A DNA stretch of 64,000 nt. Origin: a virus. Numbering within the stretch: position 1 is the first letter of the stretch; every line of letters starts with the position of its first letter. The stretch is taken from positions 1-64,000 of IMG/VR virus record IMGVR_UViG_3300032288_002811; one strand, written 5' to 3'. The notes beneath the pieces were generated by a model, which searched no databases, was not told the DNA's origin, and worked only from the letters and a program-made list of their open reading frames with translations. Positions 47,814 to 56,900 of the stretch are shown here, piece by piece. A program made the position numbers and the translations under genes.

Positions 47814-50226
47814 ACGTGCCACCAGAAATCAGATTCGCTCGAAGTGTTCCACCCAATATTACATTACCCGATACACCAATACCACCAACTATAACCATTG
47901 TACCTGTATCTGTTGCCGTTGAATTAACATTTGAATTTGCAATTAATTGTCCAAAATTACCTACACTTGCACCACCTGAACCAGATACACTAAATGTTGC
48001 ACCCGTATCACTTGTTAATGATATTGCACCACCTTCAGCAGAAATCTCTGCACCACCCAAATCAATAGTGTTACCAGCAAGAAACAGTTTACGCCAACGT
48101 CTTGTTGGACTGCCTAAATCGTAACTGATATTTGCAGAAGGTAAGATATGACCGGCATATGTATTAGCCTGTATAATTACCTGACCTTGTAATGTTAAAG
48201 CACCACTAACTGTACCACCAGTTTTTGGTAAAGCAGCATCAGCAAGATTATAAGCAGAATTGGCTTGAAGAAATGATGAGTTGGCGTATGATGCAGATGA
48301 GTTTGCTGTATAACTTGGTGTGTTAGCTTGAATGAAAGCTGCATTGGCTGTACTGAATGAAGCATTTGCTTGTCTGAATGCACCATTAGCATAATTTGAT
48401 GCCGAATTGGCCGAAACAAAAGCCCCGTTGGCATATGTTCCACCAGAAACTCCAGTGGATGAGGCTGCATTGGCTGCGTCAAATGCTGTGTTGGCTTGTG
48501 TTCGAACCCATGTATCTACAGCACTATTAGCAGCTGCAAAGGCCGCATTGGCGTATATGCCAGAAGAATTGGCTGCAACAAAAGCACCGTTAGCATATAA
48601 TGCTGCTGAGTTGGCAACATTACTTGGTGTATTGGCTTGTAGGAAAGCCGCATTTGCTTGTACAAAAGCACCGTTAGCATAAACACTAGCTGCTGTAGTA
48701 TTATTTGCTGCAATGAATGCCGCATTTGCTTGTACAAAAGCACCATTCGCATACAACGCAGCTGAGTTAGCAACATTACTTGGTGTGTTAGCAGTTAAGA
48801 AAGCACCGTTGGCGTATACACCAGCGGATGCAGCTGTATTAGCAACAACAAACGCAGCATTAGCATATGAACTTACTGAATTTGATGTAGTAAATGCACC
48901 ATTAGCATATAATGCAGCCGAGTTAGCAACATTACTTGGAGTATTTGCTTGTAGGAAAGCGGCATTCGCTTGTACGAAAGCACCGTTAGCATATAATGCA
49001 GCTGAGTTGGCAACATTGCTTGGTGTATTGGCTTGCAAGAAGGCCGCATTAGCATATACACCAGATGAATTAGCTGCATCAAATGCTGAATTTGAATTTA
49101 AGAAAGCCGCATTAGCATAAACACCAGAAGAATTAGCAGCAACAAATGCAGAATTTGCTTTTATAAAAGCAAGATTGGCTGTATTAAAAGAGGATGTTAT
49201 GTGTGAATATGCATTTATTCCATTTATAGTTGCATATTCAGCAATTAAATTACCTTTAAATACATTTGAATAAACGTTGGCATATGAAAATGATGGATGA
49301 GCAAGGTCAATTAAGTTATTACCTTCAACTTCAGGTGTATATCCTTGAAAGAAAATCCATTCTTTTCTGTTTGGATCTCTAAAAATACCTGTGTGAGCAT
49401 TAGATCCAGAATTATAATTACCAATAATACCAATGTCAACTGCATCACTGCTGTAATTATTACTACCCAAATATATTAAAGTATCGGTTACTGTAACGCT
49501 TTGTGTACTAATTGTTGTACTATTACCAAAAACAATCAAGTTACCAGAAACTGTAAGGTCATTTGTTACATTTAATGAACCTGAAACTGTACCACCAGTA
49601 GCTAATGATGTAGTATTTGCTTTATCAAACGCACCTTGTGCAAGGTTTGTTGCAGATGTAATATTGGTATTTTGTGTTGTATTAACACCTTGTAACAATA
49701 TAATATTATTTGATGCGGTATTGGCTGTGTCAAACGCAGCGTTTGCTTGTGCAAAAGCAAAAACAGCCAAACCTGCACCGTTGGCAGTATTGTATGCAGC
49801 TTGTGCTAATGCTGATGCTGAATTGGCCGCACCAAATGCAGAGTTGGCATATATGCCTACTGTTACAGAATTATTTGCATTCGTATTTGCTTGTAAGAAA
49901 GCTGCATTAGCTTTAGTAAATGCACCATTTGCTTGGTTGAAAGCAGCATTTGCGCCTGCCCATGCAAGACTTAAATTACCTGTAGAACCCGCTGAATTAG
50001 CAGTATTGAATGCAGCCTGTGCTAATGTAGTAGCAGTATTGGCCTGTGTATATGCATTTATACCAGTTGCCACCGCTGTGGCACCACCAATGGTAATTAC
50101 ATTACCATATTGATTACCAATATAAAATGTATTTGCTAAAAATGAGTAAGCTAATGCGCCATCTTGTAAAAAAGTCGGTGCAGTATTAGCATACGACCTT
50201 AATATCTGTACACTTGTATTTGACAT
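47809..50226 (-). CDS. 805 aa Ala/Asn-heptad fibre protein with knob domain
   Basis: VQILRS...PTFLQDGALAYS...FYIG N-terminus; knob at about 49210-49600; LPSANISYDLGSPTRRWRKLF motif; ends NLISGGTF. Confidence 0.8.
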   Translation of the reverse strand: MSNTSVQILRSYANTAPTFLQDGALAYSFLANTFYIGNQYGNVITIGGATAVATGINAYTQANTATTLAQAAFNTANSAGSTGNLSLAWAGANAAFNQANGAFTKANAAFLQANTNANNSVTVGIYANSAFGAANSASALAQAAYNTANGAGLAVFAFAQANAAFDTANTASNNIILLQGVNTTQNTNITSATNLAQGAFDKANTTSLATGGTVSGSLNVTNDLTVSGNLIVFGNSTTISTQSVTVTDTLIYLGSNNYSSDAVDIGIIGNYNSGSNAHTGIFRDPNRKEWIFFQGYTPEVEGNNLIDLAHPSFSYANVYSNVFKGNLIAEYATINGINAYSHITSSFNTANLAFIKANSAFVAANSSGVYANAAFLNSNSAFDAANSSGVYANAAFLQANTPSNVANSAALYANGAFVQANAAFLQANTPSNVANSAALYANGAFTTSNSVSSYANAAFVVANTAASAGVYANGAFLTANTPSNVANSAALYANGAFVQANAAFIAANNTTAASVYANGAFVQANAAFLQANTPSNVANSAALYANGAFVAANSSGIYANAAFAAANSAVDTWVRTQANTAFDAANAASSTGVSGGTYANGAFVSANSASNYANGAFRQANASFSTANAAFIQANTPSYTANSSASYANSSFLQANSAYNLADAALPKTGGTVSGALTLQGQVIIQANTYAGHILPSANISYDLGSPTRRWRKLFLAGNTIDLGGAEISAEGGAISLTSDTGATFSVSGSGGASVGNFGQLIANSNVNSTATDTGTMVIVGGIGVSGNVILGGTLRANLISGGTF

Positions 50227-50444
50227 TAGAAAAACCCAACATCAACTACTACATCGGCTGCGGATGCTGGTGCAACAGCAAAACTGTTTGTGTTTGCTCT
50301 GTATACAATAGAATATCCATCCTGAGCACCAGCCAGACTTAAATCGGAAGCACTTTTGATTGTTCTGGTACCATATTGAATGGCTGTAACAGATGGATTA
50401 GGTTGACCTACGGTTACTCTGATGTTTGCTGGTGATGTTGCCAT
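50226..50444 (-). CDS. 72 aa fibre adaptor
   Basis: SDLSLAGAQDGYSIVY...F module; ends VVVDVGFF; TAATG overlap with the next gene. Confidence 0.7.
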   Translation of the reverse strand: MATSPANIRVTVGQPNPSVTAIQYGTRTIKSASDLSLAGAQDGYSIVYRANTNSFAVAPASAADVVVDVGFF

Positions 50445-50448
50445 TTTA

Positions 50449-50799
50449 TTACCTTGTTACACGTGGTAAAACATCAACAACACCTTCCAAAACTCTAACA
50501 ACTGTATTTGCTTGTCCAGGTGCACCTTCATAAGACACTATAGTGTCATATACGTATCGACCTGTAGAAATATTAGCTGTTTGTCTGGAATCCAATGATA
50601 ATGTTATTGTGGATGTTCCTGTGTTTATTGATGTTACGAATGTTGCAGTTGCATTCGCAGAATAATAAGATTTTCTGATTTGACTAAAACAAGACGCATT
50701 TGAGAGGTCGTAATTATCTCCATAAACGTCATCCAACGTCAACGAAATGTTGAAGGTCGTGCCTTGTTCTAAAAATAAATTCTGGTAACCTGCGGCCAT
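50449..50799 (-). CDS. 116 aa Ig-like virion structural/adaptor protein
   Basis: NLFLEQGTTF...YDL...SQIRKSY...ITLSL...T..I..GRYVYD...RVLEG...V.P.VTR, a small beta-sandwich pattern familiar from T4-like cyanophage virion genes. Confidence 0.75.
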   Translation of the reverse strand: MAAGYQNLFLEQGTTFNISLTLDDVYGDNYDLSNASCFSQIRKSYYSANATATFVTSINTGTSTITLSLDSRQTANISTGRYVYDTIVSYEGAPGQANTVVRVLEGVVDVLPRVTR

Positions 50800-50824
50800 A
50801 GTAATCTTCTTATTGTTATTCTAT

Positions 50825-50840
50825 TATTTAGTTATTTATA
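50825..50840 (-). promoter_or_regulatory. Tandem late promoters TATAAATA + ACTAAATA at the head of the fibre block
   Basis: Minus strand GTATAAATAACTAAATAATAG, 25-40 nt before ATG 50799. Confidence 0.8.
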
Positions 50841-50850
50841 CTGTAGGAGT

Positions 50851-50920
50851 GGATTCGCTTTTTGGAATCCAGAAGCTGTCGGAGAAAATTCTTGGGCCGG
50901 AACGCAAAATTTCGAATTTT
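50851..50920. other. Structured intergenic element with two inverted repeats
   Basis: GGATTC-N8-GAATCC at 50851-50870 and AAAATT-N3-AATTTT at 50906-50920, flanking a GC-rich GGGCCGGAACGC core. Confidence 0.55.
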
Positions 50921-53700
50921 TAGGATTTCTTCAAAGCATCTATTTCCGCCTTCAGTTCTTTGATAGACTCAATCAACAATGGTATCAATTTCTCATAATG
51001 TACAGTCAAATACTTATCATCAATTGGCGCAGGAACAACAATCTCTGGTAAAATCTTTTGTACTTCTTGTGCAGAAACACCAACCTCACGTTTTACTGTA
51101 TATCCTAATGCCTGTGCGGTTTCATTTGCTTCGTAATAGAAACCATTAAGTGACATTACCTTTTCCAGAGCATTTTCAATATTACCTATTCTTGTTTTTA
51201 GGTTATCGTCTGAGTAATACGCAGTAATATTGTTAATAGCACGAATTTCACCAGCTGTTCCAGAAGCGGCTGTACCAACACCAAGACTGTTCATCCTGTA
51301 ATTATTGCTTATATTGAGTGCGTTTGCACTATCAGATGTTGCAGCAGTTGTAGATGAACTTGCGCTGGTTGCGCTGGTTGCACTAGTTGCATTGGAAACT
51401 GTAATACCGTAAGTAATTGTATTTGACAACTGTGTGGCAGCCATCGTACCAGTAATTTTAGTACTTGCCACACTAGCAAGTTGGTCACTTGTGACTGTAC
51501 CAGTAAGTTTGGTTGTAGCTAAACTTGCAATTTGAGCATTCGTGATAGTACCATCTATCTTAGTATTGGCTATTGATGTAATCCATGAAGGATTGGCATA
51601 ACTACCATAAGTATAAACACCACTAGTTACAGTACCTGCATTACCTGTAATACTATGTGTATATGCTGCATCTGTATTTGCCAATGCGTTATAAACAAAC
51701 GCTGTGGTCGCCATTGTGGTGTCATTATTAGATAATGTAGGAGTTAAACCAAATACACGACCAGTAAATGTTGTTCCAGACTTTAATGCAACAATAGATG
51801 CCAAACCATCAACAGCTAATTGAATTGTATTTGCACTTCCACTAATTGTGGAGTTAATTGTGTATGGAATATTGTTTGCATAATATGGATTCAGTATATA
51901 ACCATCAACTTCAAGTAAAATCACTGCACCAGTTGCAGGTGCAGTATTAAATGTAACAGTTGTTCCGTTTGTTTCTGTATATGTTGATGCTGCTTGACGA
52001 ATACCATTAATAAAGACTCTTAATTGATTTGCACCTGGAGTATATGTCGGTGCAGTAAATGCTGTAACAATTTGGTTACCTGTATATGTCAATCTAGTTG
52101 AATTGATTGATGTTCCTGGTGTTGCGCCACCTCCATCACCTGTACCACCTGCAGCCCAATAGTAAGAACCTGGACCACCCGTTGCTAAAACATAACCAGA
52201 TGTAACACCAGAAGCACTTGGTAACAAATTTGTTAGTGCATCTCCAGCTGAAGTTGCACCTGTACCACCGTTAGGTATTGATAATGCTGAAGTTAATGTT
52301 AAACCAGCAAAAGTTGGAGAAGCACTTGTTCTTAGGTCTTGTGATGTGCTAATTGCCAAAGTGTTTGCCGTTGTGGCCACAGCAGTCAGACCATTATTAC
52401 TTGTAAATCTAACACTTCCACTTGATGCAGTAATTGAACCTGTTGTACCAACAATTGTATTTGCAGATGTGTTGGCACGTGAGAATGCTGAATTTGCATA
52501 AGAACCAGAAGAACTCACTCCAGCTTGCAAGAAATTGTTTGCAGCTGTAAACGTTGTGTATATTGTATTGGCTAAATTTGCAGTTGCAACATTTGATGTG
52601 CTTGTGTCGGATAAAGAGCTACTGAGATATTCATCTGTAAGAATTCTATTATAATTATTTGAAGTAACGTTTATTATATCAAAATATTTTGATGTTTCAT
52701 TCCAACGAATTGATGCATTAGAACCACCAGAAGAACCTCTATTTACACTAATAGAGCTAATTTGTGCAGTTTCTGAACCAGCATTCAATGTAAATGTATT
52801 TGAGTTGTATACTGTAGTTCCATTAATAACAAAATTGCCACCGACACTTAATTGTCCAACTGTTTGTAAAGAACCTATGTAACCAGCTGCTGAATTTGCA
52901 TCTAAAAGTGATGATATTGTTACAGTTGGTGCTGTTAAGCTTGTATTGGCTGCTAAAGTGTTTGTATATGCACCACCCGTTACGGATACAGAAGATGTAT
53001 TAACAGATGTATTTGCTTGTACTATGCCAGTAGTAACTTTAGTAAATGCATTTAGTGTGCCGGTAGTTGTTGTTGTTGAAACTGTTAATGCTGCAGTGTT
53101 AACATAATTGTTTGATTGTAGATATGGTGTAATTACACCTGTATTTGCTTGAATATTACTCACATAAACATCACCAGAAAAACTACCAACGGCGCCTATT
53201 ACACTACCATTAGCGTTTAATACATTTGTGTATGTTGTTCCTGTAATACTGGCTGTTGCTGTGTTTATTGATATGTTTGCTTGTACCGTATTGGCTGTTA
53301 CTCCATATCGTATCGTGGTGTTTCCACCCATGTTTGTATTATTTGCAACCGATAAACTAAGTCCGGAAGCTTGTGCTATCAACAAACCATTGATGTTTGC
53401 TTGTCCTGCGTTTGTTAAACCTAATGTTGTATTTGAGAAATAAACTTGGCCGCCGACACCTAAATTATTGTCTACGTTAGCTGAAGAACCAACACCTTGC
53501 ACAAGAAGTTGTTTCTGTATAACAATATTACCATTTGATTGTAAAGCATTTTTTGTGTTTTCACTTAGATATAATGTGCCAGAATCTTTAATGTAGTCGC
53601 CTGTTGCTATTGTATTGTTTTCCGCAATAAGAGCATCGGTCGCAACCATCCATTGACCAAATGTATTGGCATAACTTATAGTTGATACTGTATTTGCCAT
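50920..53700 (-). CDS. Tail fibre with C-terminal peptidase S74 intramolecular chaperone
   Basis: ITAYYSDDNLK...NALEKV..LNGFYY...VGVSAQEVQKILPEIV...YLTVHYEKLIPLLIESIKELK; N-terminal NTFGQW anchor; beta-repeat shaft. Confidence 0.9.
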   Translation of the reverse strand: MANTVSTISYANTFGQWMVATDALIAENNTIATGDYIKDSGTLYLSENTKNALQSNGNIVIQKQLLVQGVGSSANVDNNLGVGGQVYFSNTTLGLTNAGQANINGLLIAQASGLSLSVANNTNMGGNTTIRYGVTANTVQANISINTATASITGTTYTNVLNANGSVIGAVGSFSGDVYVSNIQANTGVITPYLQSNNYVNTAALTVSTTTTTGTLNAFTKVTTGIVQANTSVNTSSVSVTGGAYTNTLAANTSLTAPTVTISSLLDANSAAGYIGSLQTVGQLSVGGNFVINGTTVYNSNTFTLNAGSETAQISSISVNRGSSGGSNASIRWNETSKYFDIINVTSNNYNRILTDEYLSSSLSDTSTSNVATANLANTIYTTFTAANNFLQAGVSSSGSYANSAFSRANTSANTIVGTTGSITASSGSVRFTSNNGLTAVATTANTLAISTSQDLRTSASPTFAGLTLTSALSIPNGGTGATSAGDALTNLLPSASGVTSGYVLATGGPGSYYWAAGGTGDGGGATPGTSINSTRLTYTGNQIVTAFTAPTYTPGANQLRVFINGIRQAASTYTETNGTTVTFNTAPATGAVILLEVDGYILNPYYANNIPYTINSTISGSANTIQLAVDGLASIVALKSGTTFTGRVFGLTPTLSNNDTTMATTAFVYNALANTDAAYTHSITGNAGTVTSGVYTYGSYANPSWITSIANTKIDGTITNAQIASLATTKLTGTVTSDQLASVASTKITGTMAATQLSNTITYGITVSNATSATSATSASSSTTAATSDSANALNISNNYRMNSLGVGTAASGTAGEIRAINNITAYYSDDNLKTRIGNIENALEKVMSLNGFYYEANETAQALGYTVKREVGVSAQEVQKILPEIVVPAPIDDKYLTVHYEKLIPLLIESIKELKAEIDALKKS

Positions 53701-53701
53701 T

Positions 53702-53923
53702 TTAACCTTTTTCTAATAGTTTTACCATCAGTTTTTTAATATCTGATATGTCGTTTTTGATGTTGTTCATTTCTGCTCTAACATTATTTATTTGCTGAGC
53801 TTGAGTTTCAGCAAATTTGCGTTTAACTTTATAATCTTCTGCACCAGATAAATCTTTGTTAATCAAGGCCATACTCTCCGTATCACGATACAGATTTGTT
53901 CCGTTTATTGGTAATAAAGCCAT
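53702..53923 (-). CDS. Small coiled-coil virion protein downstream of the VrlC-like gene
   Basis: LYRDTESMALINKD...Y...INN...IKNDISDIKKLMVKLL pattern; position typical for T4-like cyanophage-type genomes. Confidence 0.7.
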   Translation of the reverse strand: MALLPINGTNLYRDTESMALINKDLSGAEDYKVKRKFAETQAQQINNVRAEMNNIKNDISDIKKLMVKLLEKG

Positions 53924-53925
53924 AA

Positions 53926-56900
53926 TTAGAATGTTGTATTAACGTTTGATGGAAGAGCAATTACACGTAAATCGGTAGCAAATGGTACATATGTGTTATC
54001 CGAACTTGTCATAACCACTTTGATAGCAAATTGACTAAATGTTGTATATGTTTGTCCATTTTGACTTGTATAGGTTACATAACCTTGGTCAACACCTGAA
54101 GTTCCTGGTGCAAATACAAATTCATATTTGTCATCTCTTGTATTTGAATATAATGAACCGGAACTTTTAATCTTTGTCATTAATTGCCATGAACTGTCAT
54201 CAAATGTTTGTGTATCATTTCTGTTCAAAATCTTGTAATATACATGAATGTCAGTATTTACAGGACGATAAGCAGTTAAGTAAACATTTAGGTCACCAGA
54301 ATCAAATGTCGGATCCAGAACAACCTTCTTACTTACATATTTAGCCAACATGTTACCGCCGTTTTTGGATGTTTCACCTGTAACGATTGCGGTTGCACCT
54401 GTACCAGGTGTATTATTGGCGTCTGTAATTGTAATTGTCGGTGTTGTAATATAACCAGAACCATTACTTGTTAAGTAAACTGATTGAATTATACCACCAA
54501 CAATATTAGCAGCAGCTTGTGCTGTTACACCACCCAAACCTGTAGGTGCAGAAACTGTAACAGATGTACAACTTGCATTATAACCTGTTCCGGCCGCTGT
54601 TAATGTGATAACAGAATTGGACAACTCACCATTGTTGATATTCCATTTAATTCCATATACGGAAAGACCAGCATCAGAAATTATTGGACTTACTGCATTA
54701 TCACTCGTTCTCAATTGGCTGTATAAGGAGAATGATGTATCTGAATTTGCAAGCAATATACGTTCACCTAGACCGTCAGACAAATAAATGTCATCTTGAG
54801 TTGGTGTTCCAAATTTACCAGGATTAATATATTTTGTTCCTGCAGCAGTACCACCAACTAATGTTGCATTGTATGAATATCCAACTGATGTTGTAGAAGG
54901 CAAGAAATCGGTTGTTGTAATATTAAATGCATCAATCAGAGAATCTGTTGTAGAGAATGTATCTGTTGTGCTTGAGAGATTGTTTGCATTCAAATAGTAA
55001 TTAATACTTTGGTCAATAAATGTTCTTTCTGGTAATTTATTTGGAACCACATATTGAATAGTTGGACTTGCAGCTGTATCAAACACACAACGGTCAGCCA
55101 CAAACATTAAACTCTGATTTTGGTCAGCTGTCCATGTTTGTGAATTTTGTGATGTAAATAATCCACCAGTATATGGTGCACCACTAATTTTTGTAATTGT
55201 TGTTGGTAATGGATCATTTGGTAAGTTCTTCACAGAAGAAGAAAGTGCTGTATCTCCATTTGATGCGGTCCACATTGTGTATTCATTTGAATTAGATTTT
55301 AATATGAATGCATACAATACACCAGGTTGAATATAAACTGGCGCAGAGAAGGCAAATTGCGTGGATGTATTTGAATCCAAGTATTGTGGAGAACTAGAAG
55401 TTTTTACCATATCAGGTGTCAATGAAACAACTGAATGATCTAATGTATTACCATCTGGATAACCATTTTGTGTACCAACAATAGTCAATCTAATTGGTGA
55501 ATTATCTGATGTTGGTTTTGAAGCAAAGAAGAATGATGCTGAGCTCAAGAACATACCATTAGGGAAATTAGTTTTATCAACAATAAATGTTTGTGCAACT
55601 GGATCCCAAGGATCATAATTATCAGCAATCAATACATTATGTCTATAATTTGTGGATGTAAATGTTCCCTTGGCACTTGCCGGTGAAGATGAATAATCTA
55701 CTGTTTGTGCAGTTGTTTGTAAACCTTCTGCATAATAGACGCCTTCAGCATAAGTTGTCTCTGTTCCTGGATTATTATTAATTCTATTATCAATACGAAG
55801 TGTTCTTTGACCATTATGGAAAGAATTTTCAGGTAAATTAAATACACCATAGATTGAACCAGATTCATCTGTTTTGAATGAACCTATAGAATATATGTCA
55901 TCTTCTGCACAAGTAATTGCTGTTGATAGTGTTATAGTTTTTGAGGATCCATTGTATGAAGCAATATTTGCTGATTGTCCTGCGCCTGTACCAGCACAAA
56001 CATAAAATGTATTTCCGTTATAATATTGATTTGTACTAGAAGCTAAAGCACTTATTTGTATTGATGTTGTATTTGCAACAGTATCAATCCTTCCACCAAA
56101 GTGAGATGTGGTTGATAGTGTACCTGATGCTGATGTGGATGTATATGATCCTGCCGCATTAAAGAAAGCATTCTGTATTGTTCCGTTACTTGTATATGTT
56201 CCAGAATATTGGTCAGCTGCAACATACAATCTAACACTATGTGTTCCAATATATGTGTTTATGAGTGATGAAGTAATCTGTACACCCATGACACGACCTG
56301 TAGGTGTAAATGAACCACTTGCATAGTAACCAATGATATCACCTTCTTTGAACATACCAGTAACACCAGTCAACTCAATCATGTTGGCTTTACGAATATA
56401 ATTGTTTACGTTTATACCATCAAAGTAATAATTTACTGTGGCATTGAACAACATGTTTTTTCCACGTGTAACAATTTGTTGTGGACGCATCCATGGTAAT
56501 ATAGAGATATCAGTAATATAACCGTTATTCAATGCATATGCACCAACTTTGTCGTATGCACCAAATGTGTTTGTTTGCACTTGGTCAGCATATGTCTTTG
56601 TTTCAGTATAACCAATATTTGTTGTACCATAACCATAACTTCCTTGAGGAACAAATGTATTTACAAACCGGCCATGATTTTCCACATTAGTAACTGTGCT
56701 ATATGTAGTTCCTGGAATAGTTTTCCAGTCACCATTAGTCATTTGATTGATGTTATTACTTGCTTGGAAAACTTGCAAGTTTGGATCGACAACTAGTAAA
56801 GCTGGAGAGTAATTGGTATCTACCCAATTATCTACGTTTGGTGATAATGAAACATAACCATCTCTTACAGAGAATGAGAATGGATTAACATTAACTGTTC

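Larger units (their letters stand above)
23510..50070 (-). repeat. Degenerate 21-nt-period coding repeat (A-N-x-A-x-x-x heptads) shared by six fibre genes
   Basis: Hundreds of ttggc/ttagc/tttgc motifs at 21 nt spacing on the plus strand (Ala-Asn on minus), interrupted by globular inserts. Also present at about 61990-62550. Confidence 0.95.

Noticed and set aside
23510-50070. CRISPR-like periodic repeats
   Set aside because: Repeats are degenerate at third codon positions, in frame within ORFs and lack unique spacers; no cas genes.
23463-50113. Dozens of plus-strand and alternate-frame ORFs (…LAYEPAVTALASAV…, MLTVH…LLIL…)
   Set aside because: Antisense or frame shadows of the Ala/Asn repeat. 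They have no SD or promoters and are fully nested in long minus-strand genes.
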